DNA from: Euglena gracilis
Lineage: Eukaryota
DNA length: 64,000 bases
Direction of reading: 5' to 3'
Assembly (NCBI GenBank): GCA_039621445.1
Contig: CP154954.1
Span: 27,803,735-27,867,734 of the forward strand
The notes beneath the pieces are model-generated. The model saw only the letters and a program-made list of their open reading frames with translations. It had not been told where the DNA came from and made no database searches. A program made the position numbers and the translations under genes. Below, one piece after another: positions 12,701 through 23,448 of the stretch. The stretch's first letter is position 1, and every line of letters starts with the position of its first letter.

Positions 12701-13907
12701 CCCACCTGTGATGGTGACATTTCCTCTTCCTCCTCCCGCTTGGCCTGTGCCCTTGTGCGCGCCGGTTGGTCCAATGGGGTCTGCCGTGCTTGGGCGTTTT
12801 TTTTTTTCGCCTCGGCCCACAAGGTTCCCAACTGGCCTTGCTGAAAGAGACGCAGCCGTCCGTCCATGTCATGTGCTGCGTGCCGCTGGTGCTTGCATCC
12901 ACCCCGGCCTGATGAACGCAAGACCAGCTTTGGGAAACATATGAGACGGTGGAGCGCCTCCCATGTTGGCACTGGGACTGCCACATCCCTCACTAGATGT
13001 GCCAGCTCCTGGGTGATGGCGGTGCGACACATTGCTGGGATGTGTCTCACTGTGGGCACATGCACGACGAGCACCTCATCAAACGTGGGCGTCATTTGTG
13101 GGCATCGGCTTGTGGTTGGTGTTCCCGTTTGTGGCGCGGCTGCATCCCTCGGGGGGATGAGAGGCACGGGGCCCCGTGTTGCCTCCGCGGTGTCGAGGCT
13201 TTGCGGTGCCACCTTGCAGTTCCTGCATCTCTCGCTTTGGGGCACGAGTGAGCGGAAGGGGCCTGCGCAGACCCGTACCCTCAGCATTTGGAGGACTGCC
13301 GACGGCAACACTTGGCCGTGCGACACATGGTGCGCGGCCAGGAGCGACACCAATGCTTTGCGGGACTTGGTGGTGAGGGCTTCTGGGCACGATGAAAAGG
13401 GACACATGAGGGTTCGTGGTCCCTCTGCTTCTGCTTCTTCCTCATCGTCCTTAGCCGCCGCATCATCCCCTTGCTTTCCTTCGACGTGGCGGCCGAGTGC
13501 CACGGGAACCCGTGGCGTTTCCCTGCTTTCTGCCCCCTTCCCTCCCCTTGGGGGTGTTCTTCTTGGTGGCGCCTTTGGCTTGGGGGTGGTGGTGGCTGTG
13601 CTGCTGCTCGCTGAGGTGCGGAGGTTCACCACGTCCTGGCCCCTTACGAACTCCAAAAGTGCTACACCGGTGTCGTGGCTTACACCCGAACTGTCGCTGC
13701 GATGCCTCTTGTTCCGCAGACAACCAATTGACTCCTCCTCTGTGTTCATGTTCTGGTTGACGACTTGAACTTCTTTCCTTTCCTTGATACTTGTGCTTCA
13801 GGCGACGTTATCTGCAGGATGGGGAAGATGTTCAATGAGCTTGGACCCCACCAGGGGCTTTCAAGACATGGTAGTTGTGCGCCACGAAAGAATAGACAGT
13901 CAGAAAG
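9762..13907 (-). mobile_element. CRE-like non-LTR retrotransposon C, near full length, decayed
   Basis: N-terminal C2H2-like finger (CPFSSC...HHVSH); RT motifs GVRPIAVGDTLRR, QCGVGV, DMCNAFN, GVHQGD; CPLC knuckle; RLE motif RPADVLL; many frameshifts; SL-like 5' end; conserved 3' motif. Confidence 0.9.
13885..13907 (-). other. Spliced-leader exon-like sequence at the 5' end of element C
   Basis: Minus strand CTTTCTGACTGTCTATTCTTTCG, then 15 nt, then ATG 13869, which is in frame with ORF 12196-13749 through two TGA stops. Confidence 0.8.
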
Positions 13908-13937
13908 ACACTCGGAACCGCCTATTTTTGGCCAAAG

Positions 13938-15077
13938 CGGTGGTGGGGCGGACTGAGTCCACCGACCACTGGCACAGCCTACTGGATTTGATTTGTGTTC
14001 AGGGGGTAAGGCTATGTACAGAAGCGACAGTCTGTGCTGGGGACGGGAGATGGGAGGGGAGGGAAAAGGGGAAGAGATGTGAGCTTAGAGAAGGGTGCGA
14101 GGTGGGGCAGCCATTGATCAACAGCCGGAGTAGCTGCCGGGCACAAGGTCCTCAGGTTGTGGTTGAAAATCCTCTGCCACGTGGGTCATCATGCGTCACT
14201 ACGGAGCTCGCGCCTTGTTTACAACGCGGCGGAGATGGAGGTACCGAGAGGAACCTTTCCCAAGCCTTTGGCGGTCATCGGGCAGCCTCTCACCGAAGAG
14301 ATGCGTAGAAAAATGCGGGTAATTGAAGGTGGCCACGACGGGCCTTTGTTCGTGGTGCTTTGGCCATAAGGTTCGCATGGCTTAAGGGGCTGACGTAGGC
14401 GGCATGCTTGCACCTCCCCGTTACTGGACAGAGTAAGGTTGATGAAGGCTTGTTTCACCACCGTCAGCCAGCTCCTCGGGGCACTGTCCCCAAGCAAGCT
14501 GCTTCGCCAGCTCCCTGGCCAGGGCCATGCTCAGGCCCTGCCAACAGTTGGCCTCCGTTGCTCGTCTCTCCCACGAGTCGTGCTGCCCCATGAGTAGACG
14601 TACACATTGGCCAACGAAGGCAAGGGCCGCATCACCCATGCCCTCATAGCAATCCAAGACAAAGGGAATGAACGTCCACCCCTTCGTTGGCAGCCAGCAC
14701 CATACTTCTTGACTTTGTCCTCCTCTTTTGATTCGTGCCATCTGCCAAGGTCCTCTGTCCCAGGTCGTGTTCGGGAGGGTGCTAAGTGGTGGCGTACCGT
14801 CATGTCGATTGCGGCTAGACCATTGGCATCGTACCTCATGACAAAGACATCCCGGGGCCGTGAACCATCAGGGGCAGCTCCCTCTCGTCTCGCTGGGAAC
14901 ACAGCCTTTTGAGCAAGCCCCAAGAGGTAGGATTGTACCGCCCCGTGTCGCCGAACAATATTGTGTCAATGACAACGGACGAGATCCAGGGGATTGTGGC
15001 ACCTTGGGCATCCTGATGGTCCGGCTTTCAGTTGTCCGACATGATATGCGAACAAAAAAACATAGACAGTCAGAAAG
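13938..15077 (-). mobile_element. Internally deleted CRE-like element D (~1.1 kb, non-autonomous)
   Basis: SL-like 5' end and ATG 15042, then almost directly the RLE region (RPRDVFV...AIDMTVRH, KVKKY, LARELAKQL), 3' UTR and conserved 3' motif at 13938-13991. Confidence 0.8.
15049..15077 (-). other. Spliced-leader exon-like sequence at the 5' end of element D
   Basis: Minus strand CTTTCTGACTGTCTATGTTTTTTTGTTCG, then 6 nt, then ATG. Confidence 0.7.
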
Positions 15078-15381
15078 CGACGAATTCCTACGACTTTTCG
15101 ACGACTTTTTACGACGACGTTCTGAGTAAAGGTTTCATCAAAGGGTACACAATTATCTCTCTGGAGCAGAAAAGCTCAAGCTGACATGTCAAATGAAGCC
15201 CCATGCAATGGCTTGGGCATCGGTGATGCCTTCAGCCAGCGCAAGAACCCTCATGCCCCCCAGGGAATTACAGGCCCTGGTCCAGTGGTCCCTGGGTTGG
15301 CTGGAAGTACTATCCCTGTTTCACTGTACTTTGCTGTACCATCTGTGCTGTAACATAGCGATCACTGTTCCAATTTGCACT

Positions 15382-15950
15382 ATGGCCCCAGGGCCTTCTA
15401 AACATTTCAGAGAGGTGGTCCCAGGGCCCCAGACTTTTGCCATGATGCTCCCAGATTCTGCCCCAGGGCTCAACACATTTCAAACCAAATCTGGCACAGA
15501 AAAGTTTTTCAGAGATCTTGCCCCAGGGACCAAGGCCTCAGCCATGATGCTGTCCAATTTTGCCCCAAGGCTCAACACATTTCAAGCCAAAACTGGCACA
15601 GAAAAGTTTTTCACAGATGTGGCCCCAGGGCCCAAGGCTTTTGCCATGATGCTGTCAAATTTTGCCACAGGGCTCAACACTTTTCCAACTAAATCTGGCA
15701 CAGAAAAGTTTTTCAGAGATGTTGCCCCAGGGCCCAAGGCTTCAGCCAACACATTTCAAGCCAAAACTGGCACAGAAAAGTTTTTCACAGATGTGGCCCC
15801 AGGGCCCAAGGCTTCAGCCATGATGCTGTCAAATTTGGCCCCAGGGCTCAACACGTCTCAAGCCAAAACAGGCACGGAAAAGTGTTTCACAGATGTGGCT
15901 CCAGGGCCCAAGGCCGTAATGCCGTCAAATTTTGCCCCAGGGCTCAGCAC
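15382..15950 (+). repeat. In-frame 102-bp (34-aa) tandem repeat, about 5.5 copies
   Basis: CCAGGG(C/A)CC anchors at 15421, 15523, 15625, 15727, 15799 and 15901; unit APGPKAFAMMLSNFAPGLNTFQAKTGTEKFFTDV. Confidence 0.9.
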
Positions 15951-15984
15951 AATTCCAGCCGTAATAGCGTGGGGTTTCCACCTA

Positions 15985-16038
15985 CGGGGAAGAGGCGGGC
16001 TACTGTCGTGTGGCGACGTTGAAGAAAACCCTGGCCCA
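15985..16038 (+). other. 2A/StopGo peptide in element E
   Basis: RGRGGLLSCGDVEENPGP fits the D(V/I)ExNPGP consensus. Confidence 0.9.
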
Positions 16039-18910
16039 CGCACAGGGTAGCCAACGGAGAGAGGCCGCCAAACACGAAGGCAGGATGCTGCTCTTTCACG
16101 ACCGACTGAAAGTGGGACCAACCTGGACCCGGAATTATCGGTGGCCATTGAATTGGATGACCCATTGCCTGCCCTTGCCGCGCCCACGACTGTCCCGGTT
16201 ACAGCAGCGACGGCAGCCATGGAAACAGATGGCCCACCCCAGCCATTTCTGCCGGGCTGCAGAACGCCTGGGACCCCCTTCTCACAACGCTGTCCGACGC
16301 TCGAACCAACCTGGATGGCATCGCACAGGACCTCAGGGGCACGGTCTCACACATCCCTCGTGGCGCCGTACAGGCGGTCTCCCAACTCTACACCTCTCTT
16401 CTGAAGGACTACAACAGACACCCTTCATGGGAGTCCTCACACGCACTCTGGTGCATGCCCAAGGCAGTGCTGGCACCCTTGCCACGCGCTGGCAGGAATC
16501 ACTGGGCTCAGTTGGGAAGGACCATCAGTACAGTACTCTTCAGGGGATGGCACACGGCCCATTGCTGCCGGGGAAACCCTCCGACGCCTGGTGGCAAAAG
16601 TGCTAATGCGCCACACAGAAGTCCGCCGCTCCCTGGCTACCGCCTTGCCACAACAGCTGGGGGTAGGTGTACCGGACGCATGCGCATTGATAAGCATGGG
16701 CATTCAGCAGATAGTTGACGGCCTGTCCCATATCGGGAAGGTTGACTGGGGGTTACTCCAGCTGGATTTCTCAAATGCATTCAATTGCATATCAAGAGAG
16801 AACTTACTGGCCGAGGTCGCCGATAGATGTCCCCTCCCTGCTGCCGTGGTTGGAGAGCTGCTACGCACGCCATTCTCGGTTGTATCTGGGAAAGACATCC
16901 CTCCGAAGCAAGTCTGGTGTGCAGCAAGGGGACCCGTGCGGGCCGGCCGCATTTGCCCTCGGGATACAGCCATTGCTGGACAAACTGCAAGGCATCGTGG
17001 GCTGGCAAGCCTGGTACCTGGATGATGCCCACGTCATGGGCACACCGGAGCAGCTTGAGAGGGCAGTTTGGTTGATTGTATCTGAGGGACCACGGATTGG
17101 TGTAGGTCTCAACTTGGCGAAATGCAGACTGTGTGGTCCAGCCTTTGTGGAGCACGGAGAAGGCATCTTCAGGGCGTCCCGGTCGAGCCTTTCACAGCCG
17201 GCACCGGCATTCGCGCACTCGGCGCGCCTGTTTGCCACCCGGGTGGAACGCCTGAATTTGCCTCCCTCCTTTGGGAGGAGCGCCTCACCGGTGTCCAGAA
17301 GGCGTGCCACCTGTTACAATTGGTGCCGTCACCGCATCTACAATTCACTGTGCTCAGGCAATGCCTTGATGCCTGCAAAGTGAATGATTTGCTGCGAACC
17401 ACGCGCCTCTCGGGAGCTAAAATACAGTGCCATTCCTCCTCCAGCATCCTACGGGACAAAATGTCGGTCATCACCGCCCGCCCAATGGACGACAAACAAT
17501 GGGCACAGGCCTCACTTCCTGTCCGCTTGGGAGGACTGGGGATCCGAGACCCAGAAGCAGCCAGAACACCGGCCAGATGGGCAGCTATCCTGGGTTTCCT
17601 CTCCCGAGTGGACAGCACTCTGGGCCAACCGGAAGGCTGCCCTCAGCTTCCACGCGACCATGGCGAGACGGGCTTGCTAATTTCGAGTCTCACCAAAGGG
17701 TTGGCACCTCTCACTGACATCCTTGCGGACCCAAGCAATGTGAGCTCCTGTCCCCCACAATGACGAGACAGAAGTTTTGGACATATGAGGTCGTAAAAGT
17801 ACGGGCTGACCTACTTTTGGGCAGCTTTGCAGGAAACGACGCAGTCCGTTTTTACCTGCCAGCGGAAGCCACACGCCATGGCCTGGGCTGCGGTTAATCC
17901 CTCTGCTCCACTGAAAACACTCATTCCACCAGCCGAATTTAGAGCGCTGACGCAATGGTCTCTAGGGTGTGCAATTTGCCCGACAATGCCAGATGGTTCC
18001 TTGCCAGAATGCCCTCGTTGCCACCAGCAAATGGACTTTGGCGGAAATCGCCTTGTCTGCTGCCCAAAAAACAACACTTTGCGGCGACATGGTGCCCTTC
18101 AAACGTTTGTCGTGGAGCTTGCAAGGAAGGCGGGATTCATGGCCCGAAGAGAAGAGGTGGCAGACAACCAGACAAGGCTCGGCGATGTCTTCATTACCAG
18201 GGACGATGCTGACGGACCCGCAGCAGTGGATGTCACGGTGCGTCACCCGCTCCAGCCAGCCACTCCGGTCTCCACAAAAGAAGCCGTAGCACGGTGGCAC
18301 GAATTACAGGAAGCCAAAAACGCCGCAAATACGCAGCCACCTGTGAACGCCTTGGGTGGACGTTCATTCATTCATTTGTTCGTTCGTTCGTTCATCCCAT
18401 TCGTGCTGGACTGCTTTGGGGGCGTGGGGGAGCAGGCTGCAACCTTCATCACCAAATGCCTCCGCACTGTATTGGCTCAAACAGGTGTTTTTTCAACGAC
18501 GCTCATCTAAAGCCTCCGTCTGGCAAACCCTGAGTCTCACATTGGCAAGAGAAGTGGCCCGCCAGCTGGCATGCGGTGCGGTGGCGGAGCCATCTGGAGA
18601 GGTGGATCCCACCACCCATAGCCCATATGCAATGGATTGAGCAAAGATGAGATACCAATCTCACATCCCATCCCTCCAAAAAAAAACCGCAAGCACACAC
18701 AAAACACACACACACACACACACACCAGCCACCACGCCCTCCGCCTCTCACCCCCAACGCACCTCATCCGCCAAGTTTCCCCTCGTCCCTCCGTCTTCGC
18801 TGCTACCAAGACCGCTCGGCTTTACACGCCTTCTCCTGTACCTCTACCTCTGACAGACTGCTGCTTCCGCTTCTGTATATAGCACTCACCCTGAGCACTC
18901 AAATCCAGTA

Positions 18911-19138
18911 AACCCCCCCCCAAATAACCCCCCCCCCCCGGTTTGTTATTTGGGCACCCGAACTGAGGCCCCAGGGGGGGGGGGTGTTATTTGGGGGGGT
19001 GTTATTTTTACATGGAAAACCAAAGGAAAACAGGGGGGGGGGTGTTATTTGGGCGCTCGAAATCGGCCCCCGAGGGGGGGGGGTGTTATTTGGGGGGGGG
19101 GGTTATTTGGGGGGGGGGGGGGTGTTTGGGGGGGGTTT
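18911..19138. mobile_element. G/C-tract-rich MITE with TA target duplication
   Basis: Interrupts the conserved CCAGTA|GGCTGTG motif, with TA at 18909-10 and 19139-40; AACCCCCCCCCAAA...TTTGGGGGGGGTT termini. Confidence 0.8.
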
Positions 19139-19245
19139 TAGGCTGTGCCACTAGTCGGTGGACTCGGCTCGCCCCACCACCGTGTCCTTCTCCAGTGAGA
19201 AGAAGGCTGCAAGTCGTCTTTTTTTTTCCACATGAGACAAAAGTA

Positions 19246-22200
19246 CTGTGGTGGGGCGAACCGAATCCACCGACCAGTGGCACAGCCTACTGGATTTGAG
19301 TGTTCCGAGGAGACAGGGGCTATGGACAGATGGGGGAACCCCATGGATAGGCAGAGGTATCGACTGTCGCAGGGCTCAGCGGGTGGAAAACGGGCAAGGC
19401 CCATCTTCATTATAAAGTATAAAGCGCAGGGGGATGACAGGGTGAGGAGGTTCGCGGTGCGTGGGAGAAAGTGGGTGAGGAGGCGGTTGAATGGCAGGGA
19501 GGTTAAGGTGCCCGCGGGCAGCGGCAGTAGAGGCTTGTGCCTGTAGCGTTGAACCGTATTGTCCGTGTTCTGGGAGCAGTGGCTGCTTCGTAGGCTGTCT
19601 TGGTGCGCCCTCTGTGCCGGGAATGCCGGTAGCGGATGAATGCCTTTGTGTATCGTTTGCGCCGATGGCCTCGCCCTTTGGGCGGCCATCTGCGTCGTGC
19701 CTTGTCCTGATCTTTTGTCGGAGGTAGATGAGCCGCCGGTGAAGACGTGTAGTGGCCAGCCGGGGTCAGCCGGGTCGAGGTCCGTGTTGCTGGTATCGCT
19801 GTCAGATGTTAGATAGTGAATCAGCGAAGCACATACTTCGGTCGTAGCAACTGAGTGATCTGCTTGAACAGGGCCCATGCCAAGCTCTGGTAGCTCTCAG
19901 CCTGCCGCGTCAAACGCACGTCGCCTTGATCCCAGGAGGTCGATCGTTCGATCAGTCTTGTCAGCAGCTTGGCGCTCTCCGGGCCCAGGCCTCCCCATGT
20001 CCCAAATGCCAGCGTGGCAAAGGACCAGCCCCCGTTTCGGCACAATATGTAGTACTTGGCGTGCTTTGCGGTCTCCTTCCGTCTGAGGAAGGTTCTCCAT
20101 CGTTCCCTGGACGCTGTCCTCTCAGCAGACTGCCAGCCGTGTGCAACCGCGATGTCTACCGCGGTCGGTTTCCCGTCTTGCCATGTTGCCAGCAACAGGT
20201 CCGCTGGTCGCAGGGAGGCGTCTGGCTGGTTTGGTACTGGCACCTCGCGTTGGACACTCTGGCCGTTCGCGGACAGGAGGTTGAATAAGGCTTCCTGAAC
20301 GGCGTTGTGTCGGCTTGCAAAGTTGTTCCGAATGCAGCACATGTCGTGATCCCCGTGGATGTCTGCCACAGAATGGCACCCCGCGCACGTGGTTGGCGTG
20401 TCAGCCAGGGGCAGCCCAAGCCACCACTTCAGGCCAAGGCAGTAGTCGGCGGGCTCAATCACCGTGTGCAGAGCCTCATTGGGGGCTGCTGCCATCCAGC
20501 CGTGGCCGATACCGTTGAGCTGTTCCATAAGACGTGTCTGGTCCCTTGCAGACCACGTGGCGATGAGGGCGTCCACATGGGCCTTGGATAGTTGGGTCTG
20601 CCACCATTTCTGCGAGGTGTCATTTGCCGATGCAGAGGCGAAGGCTGCTGATGCTGTCAGCCGGTTGCTCTCAGGGTGACGGGTGCCGAGGACGGAGCCA
20701 AGGTCACTGGCGGCTTGCTGGCAGAGCCGGTCGTCCGGGCGGCCGCGTAGCTTGGACATGCGACCCGCTTATGTCCATGTGTGTAGAACTGGCACAGGGC
20801 GGCGGTACGGGCTGCTGCTTGGTGGGAGGCGGGAATACGAAGGCCACACCCACCTTGTGACAGCGGTAGCGAGGCCTGCAGGCTGTGGTCTGTGCTGAGG
20901 GCTTGGCCGATGATGTCCTCAAAGGCACCGAAGATCGTCTCACTGCACCGAATCACTTCACCCTGCGCCTGGTAGGGATCAGAGGCGCGCAGGAGGTGGT
21001 TAACTCTGCAGCCGTCCAGTCAAGACCTCAGGATGTGGTGCGCCAGCTGGGGGTCAGTGACCGAGGTGACTAGGTCCGCAGCCTGTTCCAGCTTGGTTGT
21101 TGCCTCCGTCCATGCTGCCACTGTGTGCCCTGCCGTGGTTGGGAAGTCGACGGGGCAGCCCAGGACAGTGATCCCAGAGCCCTCGACCCAGGGTACAACT
21201 TGAACCTTCTCGCGGTCAGGGAGTGCGCCAGCAGCCGGACCCCATACGACGCATTTCGCCGGGTTCAATTGGACCCCGTTGCGTGCGCCTTCGGTCCGCA
21301 GGAACTCGAGGCACTTCTGCAAAGCCCAGGGCTCACCGACAAGCACCCCATCATCCAGGTACCATGAGGACCAGAGCAACTCTGCTTGCTGGCTGATGGT
21401 CTCGCTGATGGTGTGGAGGCCCACTGCAAAGCCGATGGGTCCCAGGGGGCAACCCTGGTGTGTGCCTCTCGTGGAGTGGAGCACGCGTCCTCCGCTGAAC
21501 AACGGTGCCGGCTGGCCGTAGGCGAAGCGCAGGTAGTTGAAAAGCGCTGGAGTGCGCGTTTGCGCTTCTTGTAGAAGGACATTTCTGTCCGGTGTGTTGA
21601 AGGCGTTCTTCAGGTCCACCTGAAGAATGGCCCAGTTCCCCTGCGGATCCAGTTTCCGGACCAGACTTGGGTTGCCATGGCGACGGATTCGGACGCATTG
21701 GGGACCCCAACCCCTACCTGCAGGGGACTCAGCCGGCCCACTTAGTCCTTGGCGGCGCCGGTGTGTAGGAGGGCTTTCCCAACCAATCGCCGAAGGGGAA
21801 TCGCGCTTACCTGCCGTGACTCCCCGGTGCACCGTGGACCACATTATTATCAACCTGGTGGACAACTCCCCTATTGCCGAGCGCCCACCAAGACGGGCCG
21901 ATGGGAGCCTCTTGTCCTGCGGGGACATTGAAAGCAACCCAGGTCCGCCGGGAGGCAGAAAGAGGTCAGCCACGTCGGTTGTCGTGTCCGCGGAGGCGCC
22001 TCGTGACAGCACAAAACGATTTAGCACACCCAGCTGACGACACACCCGCGGCTGTGGTGGTCGACCAAAGCGGAAAGAACTCTGACCTCCGTCACGGTGG
22101 CCCGCCCGGAATCACCATCCCGCCCCAGCCGGCCAACCTCCAGGAGGTCTTCCTCTGCCGCGCAAACACGGTCCTTCATGTGCCTGCGGCCAACCAACGT

Positions 22201-22780
22201 GACGTGTCCGAGACCCTCTCCAATGTCATAGAGGAATACGTCAGCAGGCCAACCATGGACAGCCTGTTCGCCACCCTCGCCTTCCCCAAACTGGTGCTTC
22301 GGACAGTCCAAAGTGCGGGGCGTGAGGCCGATGAGGACATCTCCACCGCGATCAGGCGGCGCGTCCAACTGTTCCGGCAAGGGGACAATGGAACGCTGAT
22401 GACAGCGCTGAGAAGCGCCACCCGCCTCCCACCAGCGTCCATCGAGACGCGGGCAGCCAAAAGAGCACGCACCGAGCCCGCCGCCATACCGGCCGCTGTT
22501 CTCCGCCGTGCCCGCACGTTGGTGGGGGAAGGGGCCCCTGCGAAGGCCCTGCAAGTTCTCTTGTTCGAAGGAACCCACCGCTCTTCCGATCCGGCTGTCT
22601 GGGTCAAACTGCAGGAGTTGCATCCCGCTGGACGCCCAGTAAGCCTCAATGCGCTGCCCGGCGAAGTACCACCGTTCCCGGATGGTAAACAGGTGCGGTG
22701 GAAGGAGCTCCTCAGGGACGCAATACTCCGTTTCCCTCGGACCTCCTCGCCGGGCCCTTCTGGTTTGCGCCCTTGCGCCT
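19246..22780 (-). mobile_element. CRE-like element F with an inverted 5' segment
   Basis: Minus strand 19246-~21750: VDLKNAFN, GTHQGCPLGP, WYLDDG, CAGC-H-C knuckle, RPADLLL, KHAKY, 3' motif. Plus strand ~21750-22780: 2A motif and N-terminal region up to SSPGPSGLRP. Confidence 0.9.
21921..21947 (+). other. 2A/StopGo core in element F (copy at 49065-49091)
   Basis: GSLLSCGDIESNPGP; the duplicate reads TGRGSLLSCGDIESNPGP. Confidence 0.9.
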
Positions 22781-22848
22781 TGCCGCCTTATTTTTTTTGG
22801 ATTACTCTGGTGTGCTGGGTTAGGCCGAAGTCCTGTGCGGGTGAGAGT

Positions 22849-23448
22849 TGTCGGCTGCCGCTGGCGTCGGCAGCCAAAAATTTCCCAGAAAATTCCCAAA
22901 AACCCCAGTAGGAATATCCAAAGCAAGTCAACCGCCACGCGAGTGGAATTGGAACACCAGCAAATTCCAGCAAGAATTTGAGAATTCGAATTGAGAATCA
23001 CAAGAGCACAAAAGTCAATTGAAAATTGAAAGATCAAAAAGGACAATTCAATTATCCAAGGAAATCAAGGCATTCATTTCCACATTCTTTCTCCCACTCA
23101 ACACCTGAATTCAAAGGTACTTGCCCACCCTCTCAAGCCCCAGGTTTGTTGTGCTCTGCTGTTTGATCCTAAGTAGGTGGGTTGGTTTTGTCCTTGCTCA
23201 CCTTTTGATCCAAATGTTTGAAAAGGCAAAACAGTGGAGGCTAAAAACGATCCTACGCGGGGAGACAGGGGGACCTGGGTCGGGGGGGCACACCTCACCC
23301 CCATTACCGCCTGTGGATTTATTTGAAAACGGGGCCCAACTTGCCAAAGGCCCTGGCCTGAGCCCACCAGGGCCAGAAAAGGGAAATTGTGGCCCCAGCG
23401 AAAGCAGCAGCCCCCCCGGGCGAGCAGGGTCCCCCAAGACCCCCAACA
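22849..23448 (+). repeat. Array LTR1 (600 bp)
   Basis: The array begins exactly at TGTCGG; ends AACA followed by the PBS. Confidence 0.85.

Larger units (their letters stand above)
15128..19182 (+). mobile_element. CRE-like non-LTR retrotransposon E, rearranged and decayed
   Basis: RT motifs QQLGVGV, LDFSNAFN, GVQQGDPCGP, WYLDD, LNLAKC, LPVRLGGLG; CPRC knuckle; RLE motifs RLGDVFI and AVDVTVRH; 2A motif upstream; conserved 3' motif split by a MITE. Confidence 0.9.

Noticed and set aside
15985-16038. Vector contamination by synthetic T2A
   Set aside because: The peptides differ from T2A, vary between families and sit in native retrotransposon context.
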